A DNA stretch of 64,000 nt, from the NCBI GenBank assembly GCA_964347335.1, contig CAYFYO010000002.1, forward strand, positions 4,911 through 68,910. The letters run 5' to 3'. Position 1 is the stretch's first letter. The number at the start of each line of letters is the position of its first letter. This document shows, one piece after another, positions 28,301-37,278 of the stretch. A program made the translations under genes and the position numbers. The notes below the pieces were generated by a model. It made no database searches and was not told the origin of the DNA. It saw only the letters and a program-made list of their open reading frames with translations. Source of the DNA: an uncultured Thermodesulfobacteriota bacterium (lineage in GTDB: Bacteria > Desulfobacterota > BSN033 > WVXP01).

Positions 28301-28615
28301 TTTCCGGGTCTTGCCGTTCTTTTTGTAAATACAACTGATCTCGGTCGCAAGGACAAAGCGGACCGGAGCCCGGCATGATGCCGGCACCTGTGACTCAGTT
28401 ACGCCCACAAATTCGGATTTAAGTCTAAAAAGGCCCGGCTCGGCATGCTCGAGCTTTTCTCTCAGTTCAGAGAACCACTGGGGATGCGTAAAGTCACCCG
28501 TTCCCAAGACCCGAATGCCTTTTAGCTGAGCCCAGAGATTGAGATGCTCGAGGTCAAGGTCCCTTGCCGTGGCTCTCGAAAGGTGGGAATGAATGTGGAG
28601 ATCGACGATAAACAT
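25373..28615 (-). CDS. fusion protein: N-terminal EndoQ-like PHP-domain nuclease with Zn-ribbon + C-terminal UvrD/PcrA-type superfamily-1 helicase
   Basis: N-terminus DLHIHSHLS...LGTGDFTHPQW...NSDAHSP..LGREANIF...CPKCG resembles archaeal endonuclease Q (COG1379). The C-terminal 650 aa carry Walker A AGPGTGKT and the SF1 motif VDEYQD. 1080 aa. Confidence 0.8.
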   Translation of the reverse strand: MFIVDLHIHSHLSRATARDLDLEHLNLWAQLKGIRVLGTGDFTHPQWFSELREKLEHAEPGLFRLKSEFVGVTESQVPASCRAPVRFVLATEISCIYKKNGKTRKNHNVVFVPDFEAAERLTRDLERIGNIRSDGRPILGLDARDLLETVLDASEDAHLIPAHIWTPWFSLFGSKSGFDSLEECFGDLSPRIFAVETGLSSDPPMNWRFSALDGLALISNSDAHSPSNLGREANIFDTDLSYFSMFDALKSRDPHRFFGTVEFFPEEGKYHYDGHRKCNMRMSPRETLENNNLCPKCGRPVTIGVMHRVEELADREDGLHPEGAASFRSLLTLSEILSQIRGVGSQTKWVQAQYRRLLEQCGPEFAILMDLPLEELDRKGHGMLVEGLRRMRKGEVHIAAGYDGEFGSITLFTQEERRTLSGQGSLIAFEVDSMSLKKRPSERPRFPRKTEEARKIRRSDSSLSRGFQPANVASSDEADPLFRGLNPDQMRAIRHGERPLLIVAGPGTGKTLTLTRRIGFLIRHGIAKPKQVLALTFTNRAAQEMQERLIALLGEEAQVTVQTFHALGYQILREQKQLSGRSGSSFIVDNIRAEGLLRAVLNGLDPSVSGRERVAILDRISRLKQNLQGPEVIETSDPGLAMVYRAYEKALERARCVDLDDLLVLPVRLFEGHREVLNDYRERFRFVSVDEYQDINYAQYRLIQLLSPHGENLCVIGDPDQAIYGFRGADNRYFLQFENDYPGAEVIRLKQNYRSSETIVRASARLMSLGSSRLENLIWSGIGGDDFLSMAEYPTDRAEAESIVQTIEQLMGGTSHFSLDSGRVDGVESPETRSFSDFAVFYRLHFQGELIEEAFQRSGIPFRRIGGEALANNEGVKGVLEVLRSDLEAGKVPEFEKDHARLAPGLEGGESDASLAEMIRRIARELGFDPTEDALKTLVCEAGASTGDVAEFLAHMALRLDLDTFDPRAEKVTLMTLHASKGLEFPIVFVAGCEADLLPYRPEGRPPSPVEEERRLLYVGLTRGKAKIFLTRARRRTVFGRVRVQEASPFLKDIEDHLREGSVSLRKPPPEKSRKQLDLF

Positions 28616-28745
28616 AGTCGGAGGTGGCCACGATTTCAGTTGACTGGAATCTATCAGACGGCCGAGAATTTGTCAATATATTGTTTCTCGGAAAGATCAA
28701 AGCACAATATATTGTTATACATAAACAAACCCCTCGGAGTGACTC

Positions 28746-29039
28746 CTAGGGGTAGACAAAGACAAATACGCTGTATTTTTCTTGGTTCACCAGGAAGGAT
28801 TCAAATCTCCTATTGATCTCATGCCTCTCTGGGTGGTTCCGCCATGCCTCCCAATCCTCCACGCTCTGCCAGTTACTGATGACGATATACTTTGAGGCAT
28901 CGTCCCTAGAACGCAGCGTTTCCCCTGAAATATAACCCTTTTGAAACAGGGCCGAGGTTCGAAGCTCCCTCATCAGGTTCATCAGCTGGGCTTGCTGACC
29001 CTCTTTGACCTTCCTTTCAATGATCACCTTAACTGCCAT
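28746..29039 (-). CDS. antibiotic-biosynthesis-monooxygenase (ABM/Dabb) domain protein
   Basis: 97 aa starting MAVKVIIERKVKEG. GGGAGG lies 6 nt upstream. Stop is TAG. Confidence 0.55.
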   Translation of the reverse strand: MAVKVIIERKVKEGQQAQLMNLMRELRTSALFQKGYISGETLRSRDDASKYIVISNWQSVEDWEAWRNHPERHEINRRFESFLVNQEKYSVFVFVYP

Positions 29040-29308
29040 GAAAGCCTCCCTGCTCAGGTGTCTAAACCGTTTTCTTGCGCAACGGTCGACCCCCTTCCGA
29101 TCCATGCCGGGGTCTTCGCCAGGACTGTTTTTCCCGGACTAAGCCGTCCTTTGGCAAGCGCGTGAATCCCATGGATCTTTCACCCGTATTATTCTAGCCC
29201 CATCGATGCAAAAATCAACAAAAATCTCGTCGTTCCAGAAAGCCCTTGACATCGCTTTGAGTTCTGCGGTAATTGACGGAAACAAAATGGGAAAAGGAGG
29301 TGCATTCA

Positions 29309-29716
29309 ATGGCTAAGGGCTATATTTATGAGCACGTCGTTACACCTCGTGATGTGACGGCTCAGGCGATCGTCTATGACGAGTCCTACGTAGAGTGGGC
29401 CTGCACCGCGAGGGAGCGTATGATCGTCGAACACACGGAGAGTCGGCCCCGTTTCTTGGTGGGTGAAACCTATTTTCGGTACTTGAATCCAGCTTACCTA
29501 TATGATCGCGTGGAAATCCGCGTAACGATCGGGGATCATCACGTCAAAAAGGGACGTCTTAAACTGGATTTTCGTTTTAGTAACCAGGCGAGCAGCCAGA
29601 TGTTAGCCGAGGGTTATCAAATCATTTTTTTCCATGACTTCGAGAGTGGAAAACGGATACCCATCCCGGAGGAGTTTCTCAAACTGGCTGACCTTGGAAC
29701 CGCAGAGGAGTTGTAA
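29309..29716 (+). CDS. acyl-CoA thioesterase (hotdog fold, YbgC/4HBT-like)
   Basis: AAGGAGG lies 8 nt upstream of ATG 29309. Hotdog-fold thioesterase-like sequence. The track start at 29273 is a TTG. Confidence 0.6.
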   Translation: MAKGYIYEHVVTPRDVTAQAIVYDESYVEWACTARERMIVEHTESRPRFLVGETYFRYLNPAYLYDRVEIRVTIGDHHVKKGRLKLDFRFSNQASSQMLAEGYQIIFFHDFESGKRIPIPEEFLKLADLGTAEEL

Positions 29717-29769
29717 GTCCAATCCCTGACAAACGGTAGGGTGATGGAAAAGAGGAATTCATGTCTTAA

Positions 29770-30180
29770 CTGGAAGCAGTCCTTAGGTATGTCGCATTCG
29801 CCCTCGCCGCGACAGGTGTCGGTCTCGTCTTTTACTCATGGCATCTCTCAACGCGGATCGAGGCACGATTCTCGGGCAGACCTTGGAGTATTCCGTCCAG
29901 GGTTCTTTCTGACGTCACCACCCTCTATCCCGGGCAGAGAATTGACCAAGCCCTCATGGACGAAAAACTCCATGACCTTAAATACCTGCAGATTTCACAT
30001 CGGCCGGATCACAGGAGGGAAGTCCGCCTTTCGCCATCCGAGATCAACCTTTTCCTTCATGACCTCGACACCCTTCGCCTTGCTAGGATTTATCTTGAGG
30101 GGGATTCGGCCGGAACGGCTCGGCTCATTGAACCGCAAAAACGAATCAAGAAACAAACCAGGCAAACGAAGAACGGCTAG
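29770..30180 (+). pseudogene. remnant of a PBP1B-type bifunctional penicillin-binding protein (TM helix + UB2H domain only)
   Basis: Frame opens right after TAA with no start codon: ...VAFALAATGVGLVFYSW-HLSTRIEARFSGRPWSIPSRVLSDV.... This matches the PBP1B N-terminus ([22 protein letters not shown]). It terminates after about 137 codons exactly at the hisIE stop. The transglycosylase and transpeptidase domains are absent. Confidence 0.5.
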
Positions 30181-30782
30181 GGCCCTCTTCGCCTTTTCAC
30201 CTCTTGAGTGATTTCGAGAAACTCCACTTTCTTTTCAACGAGAAGCACAAAGAGATGATAGAGGACATCGACGCTTTCTTCGATGAGCCGCTTTTTGGAT
30301 TCGCGCTTCGCCGCATGGATCACCTCTCCCGATTCCTCACCCACTTTTTCACAGATTCTGTTCAGGCCTCTCGCAAAAAGGGAGGCCGTGTAGGAGCCCT
30401 CAGGCATCTTTTCCTTACGCTCAGCAATGACAGCATACAGCTCATTGAACATGTCATGTCCCTTGGTGGTGCGAAAGCACGATGTCGAACCTGTATGACA
30501 TGTGGGGCCCTGTGGTGAGACTTGAACCAGGAGGGCGTCCCCGTCGCAGTCAGCCTGCACTTTGACCAAATCCAAAGTGTTTCCACTCGTTTCACCCTTC
30601 ATCCAAAGCCGTCCCCTTGACCGACTGTGAAACCAAACCCGGTTTGTCTGGAGTGTCCTTTCCAGCGCTTCCTGATTCATATAGCCGAGCATCAAGACCA
30701 CGCCTGTTTCCGCGTCCTGAACAATGGCAGGGATCAGTCCATTTTCCCTTTTCCAGTTGAGTTCGAGTCTCGTCTGTTTCAT
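30177..30782 (-). CDS. hisIE: bifunctional phosphoribosyl-AMP cyclohydrolase / phosphoribosyl-ATP pyrophosphatase
   Basis: HisI block ([19 protein letters not shown]) followed by a HisE-like C-terminus. The start overlaps the upstream stop as ATGA. Confidence 0.85.
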   Translation of the reverse strand: MKQTRLELNWKRENGLIPAIVQDAETGVVLMLGYMNQEALERTLQTNRVWFHSRSRGRLWMKGETSGNTLDLVKVQADCDGDALLVQVSPQGPTCHTGSTSCFRTTKGHDMFNELYAVIAERKEKMPEGSYTASLFARGLNRICEKVGEESGEVIHAAKRESKKRLIEESVDVLYHLFVLLVEKKVEFLEITQEVKRRRGP

Positions 30783-32911
30783 GACCGAATCGGTATGTTA
30801 TTCTCGCTGAGATAGGCCTTCAGTTCGGGAATTTCAAGCTCCCGGTAATGAAAGAGACTGGCCGCAAGTGCCGCATCGGCCTTTCCCTCGACAAAAGCTT
30901 CCAAGAAGTGGACCTTTGTTCCTGCTCCACTGGATGCGATAATTGGAATGCTCACGTTTTCGGAGAATGTCCGCAAGAGCTCAATGTCATAGCCATTCTT
31001 CATGCCGTCTTTATCGAGAGAGTTCACCAAGAGCTCTCCCGCGCCCAGACTTTCCATCTGTCTCGCAAAGGCAACCGCATCAACTCCAGTCGGCTCTTTG
31101 CCACTTTTGATATACAGCTCCCAGTGATCGCCCCTCCTTTTTGGATCAATGGAGATCACGATGCATTGGGAGCCGAACTGCTCGGCCGCAGCCTTCACAA
31201 AGCCGGGATCCTGCACCGCCGCCGAACCGATGGACACCTTATCAGCTCCGCATTTGAGGAGATTTCTGATCGTCTGGAGTGACCGAATTCCGCCACCTAC
31301 GGTGAACGGAATGTTGATGTTTTGAGAGATCCTTCTCACCAGATTATAGAAGGTGTCTCTATTTTCCACCGTCGCCATAATGTCGAGATACACAAGCTCG
31401 TCCGCTCCCATTTCACTGTAAAGCTTACCGAGTTCGACAGGATCACCGGCATCTCGAAGCTGAAGGTAGTTCGTACCCTTGACAACTCTCCCCTCTTTGA
31501 TATCCATACACGCGATGATCCGCCTTGCCAGGCTCGCCCGTCCTCCCGAGGTTTCTTCAAATTCGGTGCATACGGGAAGCTCTCGTTTCGCCCACGCCCT
31601 GAGATCGACTTTACCCTCATAGAGTGCTTTGCCGATGACAACGCCCCAAGCCCCCATACGATCGAGCTTTCTGACATCCTCGTCCGAGGAAATGCCCCCG
31701 GCGACAATGATGCGAAAGGGGGATTCGAGCACCTCCTCGATGAACGCAAAATCTGGACTCTTGAGCGTTCCGTCTCTCCGGATATCTGTCAGAATGACGA
31801 ACTCGACGCCGAGTCCTCGCAAATCACGGAGAAAATCGAATAAGGTTCTCTCGGCCGTTTCCTGCCAGCCTTTAATTGCGACCTCGCCATCCCGCACGTC
31901 AACCGCCACGACGATGCGACTTTTCCCGTATTTGCTGATCAACCGCTCGATGAGCCGGGGATTGGCCAAAGCCGAGGTTCCCAGAACAACCCTTCTCACC
32001 CCACCTTCGAGGTAGCTCTTCGCGTCTTCATAGGTTCTGATTCCACCCCCAACCTGTACGGAAATATTCAAAGATCGTGTGATTTTGAGAATCTGCTCCA
32101 TGTGCCCTGGCGTGCCCTCTCTCGCACCATTCAAATCGACGATGTGGATGATGGAGGCCCCATGGTTCTGGAAGTTGACAGCCTGCTCATGTGGATCCTC
32201 GGAGTAAATCGTGCGCTGGCTGTAATCGCCTTGAATGAGCCGGACACATTTACCGTCGAGAAGATCCAGCGCGGGAATCACCTCGATCTTTCCCGCTTTG
32301 CGAAGCGGCACTTTGCAGAAATTGTAGAGGAGCTTGAGACCAACCGGGCCCGATTTTTCCGGATGAAACTGAACGCCATAGAAATTGTCTTGCCTGAGGA
32401 TCGCTACGAATTCTTGCCCATAAGCTGATTTGCCCAGAGTCACACGTTCGTCAGCATCGACATAATAGGAGTTAACGAAGTAGAAATATGAGCCATCGGG
32501 AATTTCACTGAAAAGGGGATCCTCCTGGATTTGGTGCACGGCATTCCACCCGATCTGAGGAACCTTAATTCTGAGTTTTGGACCCTTATCCGTTACGAAT
32601 CGGTTGACCCTTCCGTCGACAATCCCGAGGCAGGTTGTATTGTCTTCTTCGGAAAAGGGCAGAAGAAGCTGCATGCCTAAGCAAATACCGAGAAACGGCA
32701 CCTTGACGTCCTTGATCACCCTATCGAGGTGCTTTTTCTTCAGTTCCCTCATCGCTGGAGCTGCCCTTCCCACACCCGGGAAAATCACTCGATCGGCCGC
32801 GCTGATAATGTCCCGGTCGGCCGTGACCGTATAGGTTACCCCCAGTGAGTCGAGGGCATTGGTTACCGAGGCGATATTTCCCGACCTGTAATCGATGACC
32901 GCAACTTTCAT
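30779..32911 (-). CDS. hisHAF: tri-functional fusion HisH (glutaminase) - HisA (ProFAR isomerase) - HisF (IGP synthase cyclase)
   Basis: HisH motifs GICLGMQ...FHPE. His[15 protein letters not shown]...GGGIR. His[16 protein letters not shown]...GGGIRS...IASSGAG. All three lie in one 710-aa polypeptide. ATGA overlaps occur with hisB upstream and hisIE downstream. Confidence 0.85.
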   Translation of the reverse strand: MKVAVIDYRSGNIASVTNALDSLGVTYTVTADRDIISAADRVIFPGVGRAAPAMRELKKKHLDRVIKDVKVPFLGICLGMQLLLPFSEEDNTTCLGIVDGRVNRFVTDKGPKLRIKVPQIGWNAVHQIQEDPLFSEIPDGSYFYFVNSYYVDADERVTLGKSAYGQEFVAILRQDNFYGVQFHPEKSGPVGLKLLYNFCKVPLRKAGKIEVIPALDLLDGKCVRLIQGDYSQRTIYSEDPHEQAVNFQNHGASIIHIVDLNGAREGTPGHMEQILKITRSLNISVQVGGGIRTYEDAKSYLEGGVRRVVLGTSALANPRLIERLISKYGKSRIVVAVDVRDGEVAIKGWQETAERTLFDFLRDLRGLGVEFVILTDIRRDGTLKSPDFAFIEEVLESPFRIIVAGGISSDEDVRKLDRMGAWGVVIGKALYEGKVDLRAWAKRELPVCTEFEETSGGRASLARRIIACMDIKEGRVVKGTNYLQLRDAGDPVELGKLYSEMGADELVYLDIMATVENRDTFYNLVRRISQNINIPFTVGGGIRSLQTIRNLLKCGADKVSIGSAAVQDPGFVKAAAEQFGSQCIVISIDPKRRGDHWELYIKSGKEPTGVDAVAFARQMESLGAGELLVNSLDKDGMKNGYDIELLRTFSENVSIPIIASSGAGTKVHFLEAFVEGKADAALAASLFHYRELEIPELKAYLSENNIPIRS

Positions 32912-33969
32912 ATGACTCCCTTCGTTGATGGTAAGGAATCTTCCAGACGACGGTCCGGTTCGCACGCTATTCTCAAAGCCCGCCCAAAGGCCTTGAAGAT
33001 GGCCTCTATTTTATGATGCTCATTTCTGCTGTACCGAACGTTGACATGGATGTTCGCTCTAAGGGACTCAGATAGTGATCGGAAAAAATGTTCGACCATT
33101 TCTGTCGGGAGATCTCCGACTTTCTCGCGCTTGAATTCACAGCTGAAAACGAGATAAGGCCGGCCACCCAGATCCAAAGCGACTTCTGCCAATGTATCGT
33201 CCATTGGCAATAGAAAACCATATCGTGAGATCCCTTTTCTCGGGCCTAATGCTCTCGAGATCGATTGGCCCAGGGTCAGACCAACATCTTCGACCACGTG
33301 ATGTTCGTCCACGTTTGAAACGGCCTTGGCTCGGATTCTCAGGTCTATGAGCGAGTGTTTGGAGAGCTGCTCCAGCATGTGGTTGAAGAACTTCAGCCCA
33401 GTCTCGATCTGAAAGTCTCCTGTTCCATCGAGGTTGCATTGGATGAATACATCCGTTTCCTCGGTCTTTCTTTCTACATTGGCCAGCCTTGGAAAGGAAC
33501 CATTCGTTTGCATCCTGACTCCCCATACACCGAGATTTCTGGCAAACTCCATATCCGCTTCCCGATCACCGATCATGATCGATCGGTCGAGACCGACCTT
33601 TTGTTGTCGGAGAAAATCTTGAACGAGACCGGTACGAGGCTTCCGGCAGTCGCAGTCATCCTCGGCAAAGTGTGGACAAATGAGGATTCGATAGAATTCG
33701 ATTCCTTCCTTTCTGAGCAGCTCCAGGAGCCTCTTCTGAGGCCTTTGGAAGTCTGCTTCTGGAAAAGAGGAGGTCCCCCGACCGTCCTGATTCGAAATCA
33801 TCACCAACCAATACCCTTCCTCTTTGAGCCGCTTCAGGCCTCCCACAACACCCGGAAGCATCCTCACCTTTTCAACCAAGTCGATCTGTCTCGTATCGGG
33901 TGGCTCGAAGATCAGCGTCCCGTCCCGGTCAAGGAAAGCGATCTTCAGTTCTGACGATAAACCTGCCAT
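32908..33969 (-). CDS. hisB: bifunctional histidinol-phosphatase (HAD) / imidazoleglycerol-phosphate dehydratase
   Basis: N-terminal HAD motif FLDRDGT. C-terminal IGPD motifs (ETDV..., HHVVED, RYGF). 353 aa. Confidence 0.85.
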   Translation of the reverse strand: MAGLSSELKIAFLDRDGTLIFEPPDTRQIDLVEKVRMLPGVVGGLKRLKEEGYWLVMISNQDGRGTSSFPEADFQRPQKRLLELLRKEGIEFYRILICPHFAEDDCDCRKPRTGLVQDFLRQQKVGLDRSIMIGDREADMEFARNLGVWGVRMQTNGSFPRLANVERKTEETDVFIQCNLDGTGDFQIETGLKFFNHMLEQLSKHSLIDLRIRAKAVSNVDEHHVVEDVGLTLGQSISRALGPRKGISRYGFLLPMDDTLAEVALDLGGRPYLVFSCEFKREKVGDLPTEMVEHFFRSLSESLRANIHVNVRYSRNEHHKIEAIFKAFGRALRIACEPDRRLEDSLPSTKGVI

Positions 33970-34028
33970 AGGATCTTCCGGCGCAATCTCGCGTCAGTGT
34001 CTGACGCGAGATACTTATAAAGGCAAAA

Positions 34029-35312
34029 TCAACACCCAAAGCGGGCGCGTATTGCCTCTTTGTGTCCTTCGAGCCCCTCACTCATTGCCAGTGTCTCGAC
34101 AGTCTCCCTCAGATTCTCAATCCCTTTTCGTGTGACCTTCTGGACCTGAATCATCTTCCCAAAGGATTCGGTCGAGAGGGGCGAGAAAACTCTTGCGAAA
34201 CCCGACGTTGGCAGCGTGTGGTTTGCGCCTGTCGCATAGTCACCGAGAGAGACAGAAGCATATCCTCCGAGAAACACAGAACCCGCATTCGTGATCCTTT
34301 TGAGGATGTCTGCCTCCTTTTTCACGACGACCCCTAAGTGTTCCGGGGCATACGCATTGGCAATCGCGCATGCCTCATCAAAAGAACGAACGACAACAGC
34401 AAAGCTATTTTTCACGGATTCTCTGATGATCTCCCGACGGGAGGATTGATTCATCTGTCCCTTCACCTCCTGAACGACCCTCTCAGCGAGCGTCTCCGAT
34501 GGTGTCACGAGCACACCCTGAGAATCTTCCCCATGCTCGAGTTGGGCAAGCAAGTCTGCCGCAATCCACCGGGGGTCTGCACCCTGGTCAGCGATAACAA
34601 GTAGCTCAGACGGCCCGGCTGGCATGTCTATGTCGACGACGCCGTACACCAGGATTTTTGCAGTTGTCACATAAGGACTTCCCGGCCCCAGGATCTTATA
34701 TACCTTTGGCACTGTTTCCGTACCGTATGCCATCGCGGCGATTGCCTGGGCACCACCGATCTTGTATATGCTTTCGATTCCACAGAGATCGGCAGCAACG
34801 AGGACGGCTGGGTGGCATCGGCCGTCTTTCCAAGGGGGGGTGCTAAGGATGACCTCGCTACACCCGGCTATTCGAGCCGGAACGGCAAGCATCAGCACCG
34901 TGGAACAGTACGCCGCCTTTCCCCCCGGAATGTACAGCCCTACCCGTTCGATTGGTCTGAACTCTCGCCATACCCTCACACCTCTCTCTGTCTCAATCGG
35001 TCGCTCTCTTGGCGCCACATGAGATCTGTGGAACTTTTCGATATTTCTTTTTGCCCTTTTCATCGCTCTCAACAGTCGATCATCCACCCTCCCATAAGCT
35101 TTACGGACCTCCTCTTTGCCCACGGTCAGTGAGCCTAGCTTCACGCCGTCGAATTTTTCCGCAAGCTCAAGGAGCGCGCGATCACCTCTCATTCTCACCC
35201 GGCTCATGACATCTCGGACGGCTCCCTCCAGATCGAGCCCCCTCGGCTGCGGTTTCCGAAGCTTCCTCGATATTTTCTCTAAGCTAAGGTCTTGTGTCGA
35301 CAGTATCTTCAT
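34029..35312 (-). CDS. hisD: histidinol dehydrogenase
   Basis: HisD family (427 aa). ATGA overlap with the hisG stop. Confidence 0.9.
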   Translation of the reverse strand: MKILSTQDLSLEKISRKLRKPQPRGLDLEGAVRDVMSRVRMRGDRALLELAEKFDGVKLGSLTVGKEEVRKAYGRVDDRLLRAMKRAKRNIEKFHRSHVAPRERPIETERGVRVWREFRPIERVGLYIPGGKAAYCSTVLMLAVPARIAGCSEVILSTPPWKDGRCHPAVLVAADLCGIESIYKIGGAQAIAAMAYGTETVPKVYKILGPGSPYVTTAKILVYGVVDIDMPAGPSELLVIADQGADPRWIAADLLAQLEHGEDSQGVLVTPSETLAERVVQEVKGQMNQSSRREIIRESVKNSFAVVVRSFDEACAIANAYAPEHLGVVVKKEADILKRITNAGSVFLGGYASVSLGDYATGANHTLPTSGFARVFSPLSTESFGKMIQVQKVTRKGIENLRETVETLAMSEGLEGHKEAIRARFGC

Positions 35313-35929
35313 GGGCTCAGAAATTTGAATCGATTCACCTTTGGAAAGGGGCTTTCGATCAGCACGGCCTGCGACTCCAGTACCGTGACCAGGGGAATCA
35401 GGTCGTGTTCCTTCAGGGTCTTTCCCGTCTCCGTAATATCACAAACGGCATCTGCGAGATTCAGAGTCGGGGTAACTTCCACGGAACCCTTAATCGTGAT
35501 GATCGCTCCATTAATTCCTCTTTCTCCCAGGAACTTCGCAAGCAGCCGTGGGTAGGAGGTCGCAATTCGTTCCCCTTCTAAGTCTTCGAGCGTCTTGATC
35601 TGGGACCCCCCGGGGACCGCGATCACCAGCGAACAGGAACAAAAGTCCAGTCTCTTCAGCACACTCACGTTGACCTCCTTTTCGTAGAGGACATTTTCAC
35701 CGACGATGCCATAATCAACGACACTACGACAAACATATTCGGGAATATCGTCATCCCTGAGGTGAAGAATGTCGATTGGATAGTTGTTACATGGCGTGAC
35801 CAAATTCCGACCGTTTGGTTTGAACTTTAGCCCCTGAGCGTAGAGGAAATTCAAACTCGGTCCCGCCAACCGCCCACTTCGCTGCACAGCAATCCTCGTT
35901 TTATCGATTCGCGACATCGTTGTAACCAT
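35309..35929 (-). CDS. hisG: ATP phosphoribosyltransferase, short form
   Basis: 206 aa short-form HisG (RIAVQRSGRL...). Its 5' end overlaps the hisS 3' end by 29 nt. Confidence 0.85.
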   Translation of the reverse strand: MVTTMSRIDKTRIAVQRSGRLAGPSLNFLYAQGLKFKPNGRNLVTPCNNYPIDILHLRDDDIPEYVCRSVVDYGIVGENVLYEKEVNVSVLKRLDFCSCSLVIAVPGGSQIKTLEDLEGERIATSYPRLLAKFLGERGINGAIITIKGSVEVTPTLNLADAVCDITETGKTLKEHDLIPLVTVLESQAVLIESPFPKVNRFKFLSP

Positions 35930-37202
35930 TGAGATAGGCCGTGAGTTGATTCTGAGGGATTGTCTTTTGCTTCCCGGTTTTCATTACTCTGATCGTTGCT
36001 TCACCCCGCTCAATTTCATCAGGGCCGCAGATCACCACAAAAGGGATCTCCGTCCTGTCTGCGTACTTGAGCTGTTTACTCAGTTTCTGTGGTTCAAAAT
36101 AGATCTCCGCACTGATTCCGGCGGTCTGCAGGTCATTCAGGATCTTGAGGGAGTTCTTGAGTGTCGACTCGTCAAAATATGTTACCAAGACCCGAGAGTT
36201 CAGTTTGACATCGAGGAACATATTGAGTTCTTCCATGGCAAGCATGATTCTGTCAAAACCGAAGGCGACCCCGACACCACTAAACTGATCCTTTGAGAAC
36301 AATGTGCAGAGCCCATCGTATCGCCCACCGGCGCAAATCGCTCCGATGTCTACATCCTGGAGAAAGGTCTCAAAGACAATGCCTGTGTAGTAGTCCAGTC
36401 CCCGTGCGAGACTTAAATCGAAGACCAGACGATCCCTGGGGACCCCAAATGCTTTACAGATCGTCAGAAAATCCTCTATCTCCCTCGTATCGAATTCTCT
36501 CAGAGACGCGATCTTCTCCTCGGTCGTGCCGCGAGCCGTCACAATTTGCAGCAACACGTCGAGGGCTCGCCCTTTCAAAAGCGGCGTGAGCTCCTTGAGG
36601 ACTCCCTCGCGCTCAATTCTCCCGAGCTTATCCAACGCCCGGATGACTTCCTTCTGCCGTTTGAGGGGAATATCCAGGTGGGTGAGGACGCTATTCATCA
36701 AACGGCGGCTGTTGAACTTGATCACGAAAGCATCGAATCCGAGCCACTCGAAAACACGGTTCACGACCTTTGCGATCTCCCCTTCTGCCAGAAGGCTGCT
36801 CGTTCCAATGATGTCAACATCGCATTGGTAAAACTCCCGATACCGGCCTTTCCCCGGCTTGTCTGCTCGCCAGACTTGGGAGATTTGATATCGCTTAAAG
36901 GGCATGGCCAGTCTCTTGTTGTGTGCTGCCACAAATCGGGCAAAGGGAACGGTTTGGTCATACCGAAGGGCGATCTCCCTTCCAGCCTTATCCTGAAAGG
37001 TGTAGGTTAATTTCGTATCTTCGTCTCCATACTGTCCCAGGAGGGTGTCGGCATACTCGATCGCGGGTGTCTCGATCGTGTTGTAGCCAAAATTGATAAA
37101 CACGGATCTGATCCTTTCCATGACAAATCGCCTTTTTGCCATATCTTTAGGCAAAAAGTCACGGGTACCTTTCGGGATTCTCGGTGCGATGAAATCAGCC
37201 AT
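35901..37202 (-). CDS. hisS: histidyl-tRNA synthetase (intact class II motifs and anticodon-binding domain), possibly also serving as the HisZ partner of short HisG
   Basis: Motif 2 KGRYREFYQCDVDIIG and motif 3 AICAGGRYDGL. C-terminal anticodon-binding domain is present. Start MADFIAPRIPKGTRDF at 37202. Confidence 0.75.
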   Translation of the reverse strand: MADFIAPRIPKGTRDFLPKDMAKRRFVMERIRSVFINFGYNTIETPAIEYADTLLGQYGDEDTKLTYTFQDKAGREIALRYDQTVPFARFVAAHNKRLAMPFKRYQISQVWRADKPGKGRYREFYQCDVDIIGTSSLLAEGEIAKVVNRVFEWLGFDAFVIKFNSRRLMNSVLTHLDIPLKRQKEVIRALDKLGRIEREGVLKELTPLLKGRALDVLLQIVTARGTTEEKIASLREFDTREIEDFLTICKAFGVPRDRLVFDLSLARGLDYYTGIVFETFLQDVDIGAICAGGRYDGLCTLFSKDQFSGVGVAFGFDRIMLAMEELNMFLDVKLNSRVLVTYFDESTLKNSLKILNDLQTAGISAEIYFEPQKLSKQLKYADRTEIPFVVICGPDEIERGEATIRVMKTGKQKTIPQNQLTAYLNGYNDVANR

Positions 37203-37278
37203 AGCGACTGCCCGATAGAGAAAATAAAAAATCCCACTCAATCAGTGGGACCGGGTGGACACGAACTGGTTAGGGGGA

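Noticed and set aside
29246-29275. TTGACA-18-TAATTG promoter upstream of the thioesterase gene.
   Set aside because: The -35 is a perfect consensus but the -10 matches only 3/6 with an 18-bp spacer. This is too weak to annotate.
29741-30211. 156-aa ORF between the thioesterase and hisIE.
   Set aside because: It is in a different frame from the PBP1B-like fragment that gives the recognisable similarity. It is Ser/Arg-rich with no family signal and overlaps hisIE antisense.
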